64,000 nt of DNA from assembly GCA_977030845.1 (NCBI GenBank), contig OZ365110.1, positions 44,578,001-44,642,000 on the forward strand, in the 5' to 3' direction. Every line of letters begins with the position of its first letter. Within the stretch, counting starts at the first letter, position 1. The DNA comes from Fimbriosthenelais zetlandica (lineage: Eukaryota). The notes beneath the pieces are model-generated. The model had not been told where the DNA came from. It was given only the letters and a program-made list of their open reading frames with translations, and ran no database searches. Below are positions 63,163-64,000 of the stretch, piece by piece. The position numbers and the translations under genes are program-made.

Positions 63163-64000
63163 GTCTGAAGGGTCGATAGGCGAAGAGAAAAACACAGGCT
63201 TATAGCCCGAGCGGCCTGAAAATAATTAAATGTCATAATTATTATAAAGTGATATTGTCATTTGGCATGATTAGTAATGCATACCAAGTATCAAATATAA
63301 TGGGTGGGATTATGTTCTTTAGGCCAAAATGACCGATGTAAAGGAACATATCTATGATAATTCAATCAATGGAAAAATATTGCTACGGTAACTGGAAAAA
63401 ATTTAGGCCCTAGCTATGACCAAGTAATCAGCTGCTCTGTAGAAATTAAATTAAAAAATCTCTGTTCCAGTCTAACTGGGTCATCAAAGCCCGCCATATT
63501 TGACTGGTGAGAACCGGCATGACCGGGGCTGGGGTGAGACCAAGAATAGTAGAGTAGTTAGCACGTGTTGTACAGGCCCTTAAACTTAAGTTACGGTAAT
63601 ACCGGTATATATATATATATGCTGCTACGGTATCGATATAGACTAAACAGATATGAGCAAAACATAAAGCCCGCTATCAGCCTATGCATCTATTGCTAGG
63701 AAAATTAAACATACTAAATTCATCACCGTCCCCTCCCACCCCGCACACACCCAGTGACCAACGACTGAGACTGAACATAAGTTATCCGTCTCGTCTGTTC
63801 CCTAGTATTTGAAGTATTTCTGTAAGTTCTGAGTCTTCAGTCTTCACTTCAATATTACTTAGGTTTCGGTTAAACCCATCCATGCCCAGTTTTACAGAGT
63901 TTCAGAGATTGTCAACACACTATCACATAAAAAAAATGAGTAGAATTATTATTTTATATCTGACACGCTCTCTGTGCCGGTGTTAACTTTAATACTGATG

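Noticed and set aside
1-64000. CRISPR arrays, tRNA/rRNA genes, transposase or reverse-transcriptase ORFs, non-canonical (U12/GC-AG) introns
   Set aside because: None seen. The repeat at 62.1-62.9 kb has no spacers, and every intron I reconstructed is GT-AG.

Overview
AT-rich, gene-dense genomic DNA from an invertebrate animal, probably a bilaterian (species not determinable), with mostly short GT-AG introns. Eight recognisable spliced genes were reconstructed by hand: SKP2 (5'-truncated, +), DEPDC1/DEPDC1B-like (-), FBXW9 (+), fukutin FKTN (-), SLC35E1 (+), TIMM29 (-), PIGG (-) with DBT (+), and EBNA1BP2 (-). Three pairs are head-to-head. There are two unassigned genes: a single-coding-exon acidic/polybasic 383-aa ORF (33302-34453, +) and a 3-exon gene (60819-63162, -) with a Cys/His N-terminus, about 25 decapeptide Pro/Lys repeats, a TPR-like region and a degenerate J-domain-like tail. 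Mobile DNA comprises an intact 822-bp hAT-type non-autonomous element with an 8-bp TSD in DEPDC1 intron 2, and a Helentron/Helitron2-type element inserted into another copy of itself inside a PIGG intron. The best leads are that nested element, candidate alternative first exons and a skippable 1260-nt exon in DEPDC1, the two orphan proteins, and strong over-representation of TA-NNNN-TA palindromic octamers. No tRNA, rRNA or CRISPR features were seen. All gene names come from recalled sequence resemblance, not database searches, and all counts are by hand.
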